In this document: positions 6,165 to 13,549 of the stretch, piece after piece
Layout of the letters: the number at the start of each line of letters is the position of its first letter
Position numbering within the stretch: the stretch's first letter is position 1
Assembly (NCBI RefSeq): GCF_009805595.3
Contig: NZ_VMQO03000002.1
Coordinates: 31,039 to 63,038, forward strand
DNA from: Candidatus Tremblayella phenacoccinincola
GTDB lineage: Bacteria > Pseudomonadota > Gammaproteobacteria > Burkholderiales > Burkholderiaceae
Direction: 5' to 3'
Length of the DNA stretch: 32,000 bases
Program-made: the position numbers and the translations under genes
Notes under the pieces: generated by a model
What the model was told of the DNA's origin: nothing
What the model saw: only the letters and a program-made list of their open reading frames with translations
Databases searched by the model: none

Positions 6165-6335
6165 AGACAAGAGAACCTCTCCTTCCTTCTCTTTAAGTTC
6201 TAACTAAGAACTCCCCCTCTCAACACTCTCTCCTCTCTCCCTTCCTTTTTCCTATCTCTATATATACCTCTCAAACGTACCTCCACATCATTCCTCCTCC
6301 TCCTCCCCCCCCCTACCCCCAAACGCTAGAAGACC
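6165..6335. repeat. C/T-rich spacer repeat module C
   Basis: CTAACTAAG at 6200-6208, CCCCCTCTCAACAC at 6213-6226, TATATATAC at 6259-6267, (CCT)4 at 6293-6304 and C9-TA-C5 at 6305-6320. Positions 6171-6330 are 71 C and 7 G out of 160 nt by hand count. Confidence 0.75.
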
Positions 6336-6397
6336 CATAATATCTTATCCTCACTACCATTCAAGCCTTCAAGTAACAACCTAAACCTAGGAACAAC

Positions 6398-7492
6398 TTA
6401 GGAACAACAAACCCCAACACTTCGACTTGTCAATAAAAGCTTTTCCAATGAAGAAGCGCTCATTGTTAATATTAATGCTTGTCCTAAGTCTTTAACTAAA
6501 ACAATGTTGCAGGAACGCACCAAAGAGTTAGTATTCTTCTTATCAACACTAATAGTTTTTAGGTAAGTCTCTACTTTCAACCCACTAGGCACAGATATAG
6601 GCAAACGACAGATGGATAACAAACGTATCAACCTACGCTGAACACTTAAATCAATTAACCCTAATCTAAAAGAGATGTCAGAAGCAATCACCATTCCACA
6701 GCTAACTGCCTCTCCATGTAACCACTTTTGATACGAAAGGTAAGATTCTATTGCATGTCCAAAAGTATGTCCAAAGTTTAAAACAGAACGCACACCAGCT
6801 TCTCGAGAATCTGTTGCTGTTACGTTTAACTTAAGCAAGCAAGCATGTTTAATCATGCTTATTACAACACTCAGTTTACGCTTCAATATCTTAAACATCA
6901 TTTTCTCAAGCCATTTAAAAAAGTCCCCATCAAGCGCAACACTTATCTTAATAATCTCTGACAAGCCTGAGTGCCATTCTCGTTGAGATAAAGAGCTTAG
7001 GTTCGAAATATCTAATATTACTCTGTCTGGCAAATGTATTGTCCCAACAAGGTTCTTTCCAAGTGCGGTGTTCAGTCCATTCTTTCCTCCAAAAGCTGAG
7101 TCTACTTGAGCTAAAAGAGTTGTTGGGATGTGTATTAATTTAACACTTCGCATATAGCAGGATGCAATAAACCCCGAAATGTCACCAACCACTCCACCTC
7201 CAAAAGAAGCAACCTTCGAGTCTCTGCTTAGTTCCTCATACAAAAGAACTTTGAGTATACCGATGAAAAACCTTAACCGCTTATAACGTTCTCCAATTCC
7301 AATAATGACCTTTGTTACTTTAAGACTATTCTTATTTCTTTTGAAGCTTCGTAATCGCTTGAGCCTACATAAACTAGCAACTGAACTATTAGTGATTAGC
7401 ACCAAGCTCTTGATGTTTTCATACGCTATAAAATCCCAATGCTTCTGAGACTGCATGCCTACATATCGAATGTTTCTTTTAGAAAAGCTCAT
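6398..7492 (-). CDS. aroB: 3-dehydroquinate synthase
   Basis: 364 aa. Contains FGGGVVGDISGFIA, IHIPTTLLAQVDSAFGGKNGLN, GKNLVGT and NFGHTFGHAIE...WLHGEAVSCGM, the AroB nucleotide- and metal-binding motifs. Confidence 0.9.
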   Translation of the reverse strand: MSFSKRNIRYVGMQSQKHWDFIAYENIKSLVLITNSSVASLCRLKRLRSFKRNKNSLKVTKVIIGIGERYKRLRFFIGILKVLLYEELSRDSKVASFGGGVVGDISGFIASCYMRSVKLIHIPTTLLAQVDSAFGGKNGLNTALGKNLVGTIHLPDRVILDISNLSSLSQREWHSGLSEIIKISVALDGDFFKWLEKMMFKILKRKLSVVISMIKHACLLKLNVTATDSREAGVRSVLNFGHTFGHAIESYLSYQKWLHGEAVSCGMVIASDISFRLGLIDLSVQRRLIRLLSICRLPISVPSGLKVETYLKTISVDKKNTNSLVRSCNIVLVKDLGQALILTMSASSLEKLLLTSRSVGVCCS

Positions 7493-7634
7493 AACAGGCT
7501 TTAGGTTGGTTTGTTATTGAAAGAAGAATGTTAAGTGAGAACTTCTCACTAAATAATATGTACACAAGAATGGGTTTCGGAATGTTGAGTTATTTAATGA
7601 GGTTTGGTGTGGTGTACTGGCATCTAGGCAGTTA

Positions 7635-7985
7635 TCATATTAGCTCCACCATACTAACAACTGCTTTATCACCTTTGCGTATGTGTGATTTAATAATGTG
7701 GCAGTAACCTCCCTTTGTTTGAAGATACCTGGGTCCTAGAATGTTAAAGACTTTCCTAACGCATCTTTCATTATTTAATTGTTCCATCACTGACCTAATG
7801 TTAGCTACTGTTTTCTTTTTGCCTTGAGTAATTATTGGTTCAATGATTTTCCTAAGGCTTTTTGCTTTTACAAAACAAGTGCATATACGTTCCCTTGTTA
7901 TAAGCGAATGTGCTAAGCTTTTAAACATCGATTGCCTATGGCTGCTCTTTCTATTCAGTTTTTTTAAGGATAGGTTGTGTTTCAT
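7635..7985 (-). CDS. rplQ: 50S ribosomal protein L17
   Basis: 116 aa. LNRKSSHRQSMFKSLAHSL...IIEPIIT...GGYCHIIK matches L17. The position after rpoA also fits. Confidence 0.9.
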   Translation of the reverse strand: MKHNLSLKKLNRKSSHRQSMFKSLAHSLITRERICTCFVKAKSLRKIIEPIITQGKKKTVANIRSVMEQLNNERCVRKVFNILGPRYLQTKGGYCHIIKSHIRKGDKAVVSMVELI

Positions 7986-7986
7986 C

Positions 7987-8658
7987 TTAGACAGAAAGTA
8001 ATGAGAACTGAGACTTTAGGATATGTATCGACTGTCTTAGTGCTTCTATCGGAGTAACTGAACCATTTGTTTCAATGTTTAGAATTAGTCTCTCAGAGTT
8101 ATAGTTAATGAGGCTGACAGAATAGCTAACGTTTTTAACTGGAGAATAAAAAGCATCCATAATTAGTTTACCATTATTCCAACATAACCCATTGCTTTTA
8201 GGAACATAGCCCCAGCCTTTCTGTATTTTAAGATATGCACTCAACCTTCCTGAGTCCAAATGGCATATTATATGGTTGGGGTTAACTATCTGACATCTGT
8301 AGTCCGTTTGAATATCTCTAGCATATACTGTTCCTGGATTTGTTTTACGTAGAGTGAGAGTTAGTGAAGCAATATGTACGTCCAACTTAAAAACAACATT
8401 CCTTATATTTAATGCTAACTGCAAAGAATCCTCTGCTATACCGGTAACTGAAGAGAATTCATTTGAAGAACCAACTATCTCAACTTCTGTAACAGCAGTC
8501 CCACATATTGAAGACAGCAAAGTACGTCTGAATGCGCAACCTAGAGTATCACCATAGCCTCTATCAAGAGCTTCTATTGAGAACTGAGACACATTACAGC
8601 CTCGTGCAACAATGGATCTTATTTGAGGTATCAGCATTCTAGCACCCATATAGTTCAA
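7987..8658 (-). CDS. rpoA: RNA polymerase alpha subunit, N-terminal domain only (no linker or alpha-CTD)
   Basis: 223 aa. GYGDTLGCAFRRTLLSSICGTAVTEVEI, GWGYVP, DAFYSPV and LNIETNGSVTPIEAL align with E. coli alpha residues ~1-233. The stop at 7987-7989 lies 1 nt from the rplQ ATG at 7985. Alternative starts are at 8649 and 8637. Confidence 0.85.
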   Translation of the reverse strand: MNYMGARMLIPQIRSIVARGCNVSQFSIEALDRGYGDTLGCAFRRTLLSSICGTAVTEVEIVGSSNEFSSVTGIAEDSLQLALNIRNVVFKLDVHIASLTLTLRKTNPGTVYARDIQTDYRCQIVNPNHIICHLDSGRLSAYLKIQKGWGYVPKSNGLCWNNGKLIMDAFYSPVKNVSYSVSLINYNSERLILNIETNGSVTPIEALRQSIHILKSQFSLLSV

Positions 8659-9253
8659 TGATTAGTCTTTCGTTTAGCTCTATTGGAATCTCTTTGCGTG
8701 TTGGCTTTTGTTTAAATGTTCCTTCCATTTTAAAATGATCTACATTCAACCAACATGGAACTTTCTGATGTATCCTGATGGCATTTGTTATTCTGAGTTG
8801 GGTTTTTGACTTATCGTGGATTTTAATTGAATCTGCTGGCTTAACTAAAAATGAAGGAATGTTCACTACTCTGTTGTTTACCAAGATGGACCTATGTGCT
8901 ATTAGTTGACGTGCTTCAGCTCTTGTTACACTAAAACCCATTCTGTACACAATATTGTCTAACCTAGCTTCTAAAGTCTGTAGTAGAAGGGTTCCTATTT
9001 CAGAATTAGCTTTATAAACACTTCGTAGATAAATTAGGAACTGCCTTTCTGTAATTCCATAGATTCGTTTAGCTTTTTGCTTTTCACGGAGTTGAATTCC
9101 ATAGTTGGATACCTTCAGTACATGCTTACTCTGTTGTCCTGGTTTAGTTCTAGACTTACACTTCTCCTCAAACGAACGAATACCACTTTTTAGGAAGAGG
9201 TCACAGCCTTCTCTTCTGGAAAGCTTTTGTTTAGGTCCTATATATTTAGACAT
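8639..9253 (-). CDS. rpsD: 30S ribosomal protein S4
   Basis: 204 aa. MSKYIGPKQKLSRREG, YGIQLREKQKAKRIYG and the S4 domain RLDNIVYRMGF...RQLIAHRSILVN. Confidence 0.93.
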   Translation of the reverse strand: MSKYIGPKQKLSRREGCDLFLKSGIRSFEEKCKSRTKPGQQSKHVLKVSNYGIQLREKQKAKRIYGITERQFLIYLRSVYKANSEIGTLLLQTLEARLDNIVYRMGFSVTRAEARQLIAHRSILVNNRVVNIPSFLVKPADSIKIHDKSKTQLRITNAIRIHQKVPCWLNVDHFKMEGTFKQKPTRKEIPIELNERLIIELYGC

Positions 9254-9282
9254 TGGTATCTTCCTCCTTTTTAGGTTGTATA

Positions 9283-9672
9283 TTAAACTCTTCTACGCTT
9301 TGAGGAACGGCAACCATTATGAGGTATGGACGTGATATCTTCTAAAGAGACTATCTTGATGCCTGAGCTGTATAATGCTCTAATGGCAGACTCTCTTCCA
9401 GTGCCTGGTCCGTTTACTTTTACTTTTAACGTTTTCATTCCATATCCTACAGCTATTTTACCTACGGTTTCAGCAGTTACCTGTGCGGAAAACGGAGTTG
9501 ACTTTTTGGATCCCTTAAAGCCATGTTTACCTGAAGCTGACCAAAACAGAACATCTCCATCTTTTGAAGTAATGGTTATGATAGTGTTGTTAAAGGTAGC
9601 ATGGATATACGCAATACCATCCAGGTTCTTACTGTTAGTGGAACTTAGCTGTTTATCTTTTGTTTTGTACAT
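9283..9672 (-). CDS. rpsK: 30S ribosomal protein S11
   Basis: 129 aa. [30 protein letters not shown]...[14 protein letters not shown]...[13 protein letters not shown]. Confidence 0.95.
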   Translation of the reverse strand: MYKTKDKQLSSTNSKNLDGIAYIHATFNNTIITITSKDGDVLFWSASGKHGFKGSKKSTPFSAQVTAETVGKIAVGYGMKTLKVKVNGPGTGRESAIRALYSSGIKIVSLEDITSIPHNGCRSSKRRRV

Positions 9673-9686
9673 TGGCTGTAAATTCC

Positions 9687-10040
9687 TTAGTTGTTGGATG
9701 TTTTGCTTTTCTTTCTAGTCTTGGCATTTGTTCTCGTTCTTTGTCCTCTAGTTGGGAGCTTCTTCCTATGACGTATGCCTCTGTAGCAGCTAATGTTAAC
9801 TAGCCGCTTAATGTTTAAAGATACCAAACGTTTAAGATCACCTTCTACTAAAAGTTTGTTCACTGCTTCTTTTAGATCCACCAGCTTACTTTCGCTTAAG
9901 CTAGATATTTTGCAGTTAGGATCAATGCCAGTGACAGAACAGACTCTTCTCGATAAGCTTCTTCCAATACCATATATATATGTTAGGCCAACCTCTACAG
10001 ATTTGTTACTTGGTATGTTAACTCCAATAAGCCTAGCCAC
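9687..10040 (-). CDS. rpsM: 30S ribosomal protein S13
   Basis: 117 aa. [10 protein letters not shown]...[12 protein letters not shown]...[25 protein letters not shown]. Confidence 0.95.
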   Translation of the reverse strand: MARLIGVNIPSNKSVEVGLTYIYGIGRSLSRRVCSVTGIDPNCKISSLSESKLVDLKEAVNKLLVEGDLKRLVSLNIKRLVNISCYRGIRHRKKLPTRGQRTRTNAKTRKKSKTSNN

Positions 10041-10157
10041 TTATCCCTGCCTCTGTTTATGCTTTGGGTTAGAACTACATAAAACCCTAACAACACCTTT
10101 TCTCCTTACCACTCTACACAGCTTACATATTACTTTAACTGATGCTGACACTTTCAT
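10041..10157 (-). CDS. rpmJ: 50S ribosomal protein L36 (absent from the supplied ORF track)
   Basis: Hand translation of the minus strand from the ATG at 10157 gives [38 protein letters not shown], then TAA at 10043-10041. This has the canonical L36 length, the C-x2-C ... C pattern and the NPKHKQRQG tail. It sits between infA and rpsM as expected. Confidence 0.9.
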   Translation of the reverse strand: MKVSASVKVICKLCRVVRRKGVVRVLCSSNPKHKQRQG

Positions 10158-10380
10158 GGTTAGGTTTAGTTCTGAATATTATTCTAGCTCTCAAAGGGTC
10201 ATACGGACTAACCTCAACAGTCACCATATCTCCAGGTAAGATCTTAATAAAATGTATCCTCATCTTTCCAGAAACGTAAGCTAAAACCACATGACTATTC
10301 TCCAACCTAACTCTGAAGTTGGTGTTTGAAAGGTTTTCGATCACTTCTCCGTGCATCTGAACATGTTTGGTTTTTGGCAT
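10135..10380 (-). CDS. infA: Translation initiation factor IF-1
   Basis: 81 aa. [53 protein letters not shown] matches IF-1. An ~11-aa C-terminal extension overlaps the rpmJ start by 23 nt. Confidence 0.92.
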   Translation of the reverse strand: MPKTKHVQMHGEVIENLSNTNFRVRLENSHVVLAYVSGKMRIHFIKILPGDMVTVEVSPYDPLRARIIFRTKPNHESVSIS

Positions 10381-10394
10381 ACACTCCTCATATA

Positions 10395-11543
10395 TTAACA
10401 GGTTTTAAAGAACTTGTTGAAACGTATGAAGTTAGCATAGAACTTCAATTGTTCTGTTAGAACCAAAGTTGTAGTTATTAGGGAAATAGACGTGAACTCA
10501 TTTAGTACAAGGACCTGCTTAGTAAATAAAGATAATAGTCTAATAACAGCACAACCTAAAACTATACACAGAGACTTAGTAATGATTAATTCCCTAAATA
10601 AATAGTTTAAGCGTTCCTTAGTATTTAACCCAGGTCTAAGACTATCAATAAACGTTGCACTTCTTTTCATGTATCTTGAAACATTGTTAGCCTTCACATC
10701 CCATCTTGTGAATATAACGCAAAAGTAGAACATTAAACTAACATGGAACAAGACCTCACAGACTGCCTCAATGGCTTTAATAAGTTCCTGAATGCACAAC
10801 CATTTATAAAGCGGAACACAAGCTACACATATCTTCTCAAAGAAGTTAACCTGAAGTGTTGACGTAACACAGGCTAGTGTTAAAGGAAAAAGGATTACTG
10901 GAACCAAACTAACAGAAAAGCAAGAGGAGTATATTCTGTCAGTCTTTTGACACCAGAATGTTAGTCTTTGTGATGCAAGCTCTGTTAAAACGCTAAAGTA
11001 AAACAGCAGGCTAAGGTCAGTTAGTAACAAGAAGCTAGGGGTTGGGGTCTTATCAATGGTTGTTTTCAGTATAAGCAACAACCTAGGAACATATGTTAAT
11101 AGCCTAAACAGAATAATTAAAGAAGCTCCACTACCAATGCCAGACATGCTTATATGCTCAGTCAACCACATTAGAACCATTGAACCAACCGTTAACAAAC
11201 CCACTAAACCCACAATGCCCACATATGGGTATCCAAATAAGGGTGTGAAATAATGCATACTAACTGCAGACTCAATAGATGTGAAAAGTAGTGTTAGTAG
11301 CCTAGCTAGCAATATATAAACGCTAGTTAGTAAAGAGGTTTCAGGGTTTGGCTTTAACAAGAATGTTAAAAAGACTTTCATAAGCAACTGCAAAGTCATT
11401 AACGGTGTTAACCTGATTGAGCTGGAATGTGCTTCTTTTGAAGGATAGCTTAGGGGAATGGGTATGTACATAATTAAGCGGCATATGAAAAGCATAACGA
11501 ATGTTTTAAGAAGACGTTTCATCGAGTAATTACTGTAGTTCAT
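10395..11543 (-). CDS. secY: Preprotein translocase SecY, shortened and highly divergent
   Basis: 382 aa and multi-pass hydrophobic. [27 protein letters not shown] resembles E. coli [44 protein letters not shown] resembles VPGIRPGEQTAKYI. The rplO-secY-infA position is syntenic. Confidence 0.75.
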   Translation of the reverse strand: MNYSNYSMKRLLKTFVMLFICRLIMYIPIPLSYPSKEAHSSSIRLTPLMTLQLLMKVFLTFLLKPNPETSLLTSVYILLARLLTLLFTSIESAVSMHYFTPLFGYPYVGIVGLVGLLTVGSMVLMWLTEHISMSGIGSGASLIILFRLLTYVPRLLLILKTTIDKTPTPSFLLLTDLSLLFYFSVLTELASQRLTFWCQKTDRIYSSCFSVSLVPVILFPLTLACVTSTLQVNFFEKICVACVPLYKWLCIQELIKAIEAVCEVLFHVSLMFYFCVIFTRWDVKANNVSRYMKRSATFIDSLRPGLNTKERLNYLFRELIITKSLCIVLGCAVIRLLSLFTKQVLVLNEFTSISLITTTLVLTEQLKFYANFIRFNKFFKTC

Positions 11544-11566
11544 GGGTCAGACACATGTAGATTCTC

Positions 11567-11914
11567 TTACCCTTGGCTATATATTCTGATGACTTTAGCA
11601 TTATTTCCAACCAAGTTAAAGCGGTTCAATAGTAGGTTTGAAACTGTGCCATAGAAAAGGTCTACTTTTAATACTTTGTTATAACTCAGACTAACAATAT
11701 GGTTTCTTTTATATCTTGTGAACCCAAGCTTTGGAACTCTTCTTTGAATTGGAGTTTGTCCGCCTTCAAAGCTTGGTTTAACTGCGCCTCCTGTTCTAGA
11801 TCTTTGACCCTTGTGGCCTCTACCTGATGTTTTCCCTTTCTTAGAACCCAACCCCCGACCAACCCTAACATTTTGTTTGTAACGTGCATTTGGGATTAGC
11901 TCATTTAGTTTCAT
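11567..11914 (-). CDS. rplO: 50S ribosomal protein L15 (short, 115 aa)
   Basis: MKLNELIP...[26 protein letters not shown]...[17 protein letters not shown]. Confidence 0.9.
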   Translation of the reverse strand: MKLNELIPNARYKQNVRVGRGLGSKKGKTSGRGHKGQRSRTGGAVKPSFEGGQTPIQRRVPKLGFTRYKRNHIVSLSYNKVLKVDLFYGTVSNLLLNRFNLVGNNAKVIRIYSQG

Positions 11915-12116
11915 TTCCTTCGGGGTGTTTAATGTTGAGGGTTTTTATCAAATATGGAACTTTCTTAATCAAACCTACGGTGAATCTATTATTCGGTACA
12001 ACTCTGAAGGACCAAAGCTTACGCAGGCCTAAAGACCTAATGTATGTTCTATGCTTACTGCTAACTGAAATTAAGCTCCTTACTAACTGCACCAAGATCT
12101 TCTTATTTGTTGTCAT
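11901..12116 (-). CDS. rpmD: 50S ribosomal protein L30
   Basis: 71 aa. [28 protein letters not shown]...[10 protein letters not shown] matches L30. The position between rpsE and rplO also fits. Confidence 0.85.
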   Translation of the reverse strand: MTTNKKILVQLVRSLISVSSKHRTYIRSLGLRKLWSFRVVPNNRFTVGLIKKVPYLIKTLNIKHPEGNETK

Positions 12117-12601
12117 TGGCTTTTGAATGGAGAAATGCCTCTTTTACGAAATATGTAGTTCAAGCTGTTCAGACTCATTAGACCATCTAATACTGCTGGA
12201 ATAACATTGAACGGATTATTGGAGCCATGACATTTAGCGACCACATGGTTAATACCTGCTACACTAAACACAGACCTTACATGGTTACTCGCTATGATTC
12301 CTCTACCTTTTATTGAAGGAATTAATATAACAGTAGCAGCTCCGAATTTACCAACGGCTTTGTGAGCGATTGTATCTTCCAACATTGAAACTTTGATGAC
12401 ATTTCTTTTAGCATTGTTAACAGCTTTTTGTACGGCTAACGACGTTTCTCTTGACTTACCTTTACCAACACCAAGGTTACCACAACCGTCACCAACTACA
12501 ACTAAAGCTGTGAAGCTAAATATACGTCCGCCTTTCACTACCTTCGTAACTCTATTGATGGTAATTAACCTTTCAAACACCAGTTCTAATGGCTTATGCA
12601 T
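12113..12601 (-). CDS. rpsE: 30S ribosomal protein S5
   Basis: 162 aa. INRVTKVVKGGRIFSFTALVVVGDGCGNLGVGKGKSRE...AVQKA...GRGIIA. Confidence 0.95.
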   Translation of the reverse strand: MHKPLELVFERLITINRVTKVVKGGRIFSFTALVVVGDGCGNLGVGKGKSRETSLAVQKAVNNAKRNVIKVSMLEDTIAHKAVGKFGAATVILIPSIKGRGIIASNHVRSVFSVAGINHVVAKCHGSNNPFNVIPAVLDGLMSLNSLNYIFRKRGISPFKSQ

Positions 12602-12624
12602 TTTAGTATATGGGCTTATGGGTT

Positions 12625-12650
12625 TATGTATATTGTCTATGTATATTGTC
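12625..12650. repeat. Perfect 13-nt tandem duplication (TATGTATATTGTC x2)
   Basis: 12625-12637 equals 12638-12650. It lies in the 48-nt rplR-rpsE spacer, and its last base is part of the rplR stop codon. Confidence 0.85.
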
Positions 12651-13012
12651 TAAAACTGAAGACCATAGCACCTTGCTGACTCGGCCATGCTCTGTATTAA
12701 GCCATGGTATTGAAACCCAGATCTATCGAAAACAACCTTATTAACGCCAATGGAAACAGACTTTACAGCTATTAGTTTACCTATCAATGAGGCACCAAAC
12801 TTGTTCTTTCTTAGTCTGAAGTCTATATATTTGAATGTTGCTATAGTAGAAACACCAGTAACTATGTGATTACCTTCTTCTGAAATGACATACGCATAAA
12901 GATGTGTATTTGTTTTATATACTACCAACCTAAATAAGCCTATCTTTTTAAGCTTAGCTCTTGTTCTTTTAGCTTTTGTTTTTACTAGCCTCTTTACGTT
13001 TAAGTGCTTCAT
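12650..13012 (-). CDS. rplR: 50S ribosomal protein L18
   Basis: 120 aa. RLVVYKTNTHLYAYVISEEGNHIV...FDRSGFQYHGLIQSMAESARCYGLQF. Confidence 0.92.
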   Translation of the reverse strand: MKHLNVKRLVKTKAKRTRAKLKKIGLFRLVVYKTNTHLYAYVISEEGNHIVTGVSTIATFKYIDFRLRKNKFGASLIGKLIAVKSVSIGVNKVVFDRSGFQYHGLIQSMAESARCYGLQF

Positions 13013-13545
13013 TTCTTTTTTGTCCTCTCTTTCAAATTAACCGTCTCGTTAATAAACCTTATTCCTTTGCCTTTGTATGGTTCGATTGGATGGAAACTCT
13101 TTATTTCTGCTGAGACTTGTCCAACCAGCTGTTTATCCACTCCAAACACTTCCAGCTCATTAGGTGATATAAGATGAAGTTTAACGTTCCTATTCACACA
13201 ATAGATAATAGGATGGGAGAACCCTAACGACAAGGTTAACATATTATTTCTAATTGATGCTCGAAAGCCAACACCGTTTAAAACTAAGACCTTTCTAAAA
13301 CCTACGGTAACCCCTGAAACCATATTCGAGATTAGTGCTCGAACAGTTCCTTGTATTGCAGAGGTTCTTTGATTGCTAAAGAATGGAATTACCTTTAGTA
13401 TTGTTTGGTGGAGTTTAAGTTTTATTACCGAAGGCACATTTAATGTAAGAGATCCGAGTGGACCGGTTACCTGAAATGGTTCTCCAACATTCACTTGCAC
13501 ATTGTTTAATGGTATGGGTTTTCTACCGATACGTGAGCTTTTCAT
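13009..13545 (-). CDS. rplF: 50S ribosomal protein L6
   Basis: 178 aa. SRIGRKPIPL...GVGFRA...LGFSHPI...IEPYKGKGIRF. Confidence 0.93.
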   Translation of the reverse strand: MKSSRIGRKPIPLNNVQVNVGEPFQVTGPLGSLTLNVPSVIKLKLHQTILKVIPFFSNQRTSAIQGTVRALISNMVSGVTVGFRKVLVLNGVGFRASIRNNMLTLSLGFSHPIIYCVNRNVKLHLISPNELEVFGVDKQLVGQVSAEIKSFHPIEPYKGKGIRFINETVNLKERTKKK

Positions 13546-13549
13546 ATTG

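Noticed and set aside
5840-6320. G-quadruplex potential of the minus-strand G9/G5 and G5/G9 runs
   Set aside because: Each locus yields only about three G3 tracts with valid loops plus GG dinucleotides, so it falls short of a canonical four-tract G3+ motif. I note it only as a possibility under spacers B and C.
722-6397. The C/T-rich repeated spacers as a CRISPR array, IS element or MITE
   Set aside because: There are no regularly spaced identical direct repeats, no terminal inverted repeats with target-site duplications, and no transposase or cas ORFs. The copies are degenerate and their modules are shuffled.
6382-6408. TAGGAACAAC-T-TAGGAACAAC direct repeat spanning the aroB stop codon
   Set aside because: The repeat is real but tiny (10 nt x2). 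It is most simply a slippage duplication of the aroB 3' end, and no function can be argued from the sequence.
7534-7550. Palindrome AGTGAGAA-C-TTCTCACT between rplQ and aroB as a rho-independent terminator
   Set aside because: No U-run follows on the - strand, and the central loop would be too small unless the stem is shortened. It is weak evidence for termination.
8354-10239. ORFs 8354..8557(+), 9105..9335(+), 9326..9718(+) and 9793..10239(+), antisense to rpoA/rpsD/rpsK/rpsM/rpmJ/infA
   Set aside because: These are shadow ORFs opposite highly conserved ribosomal genes. They show no motif or start-site support.
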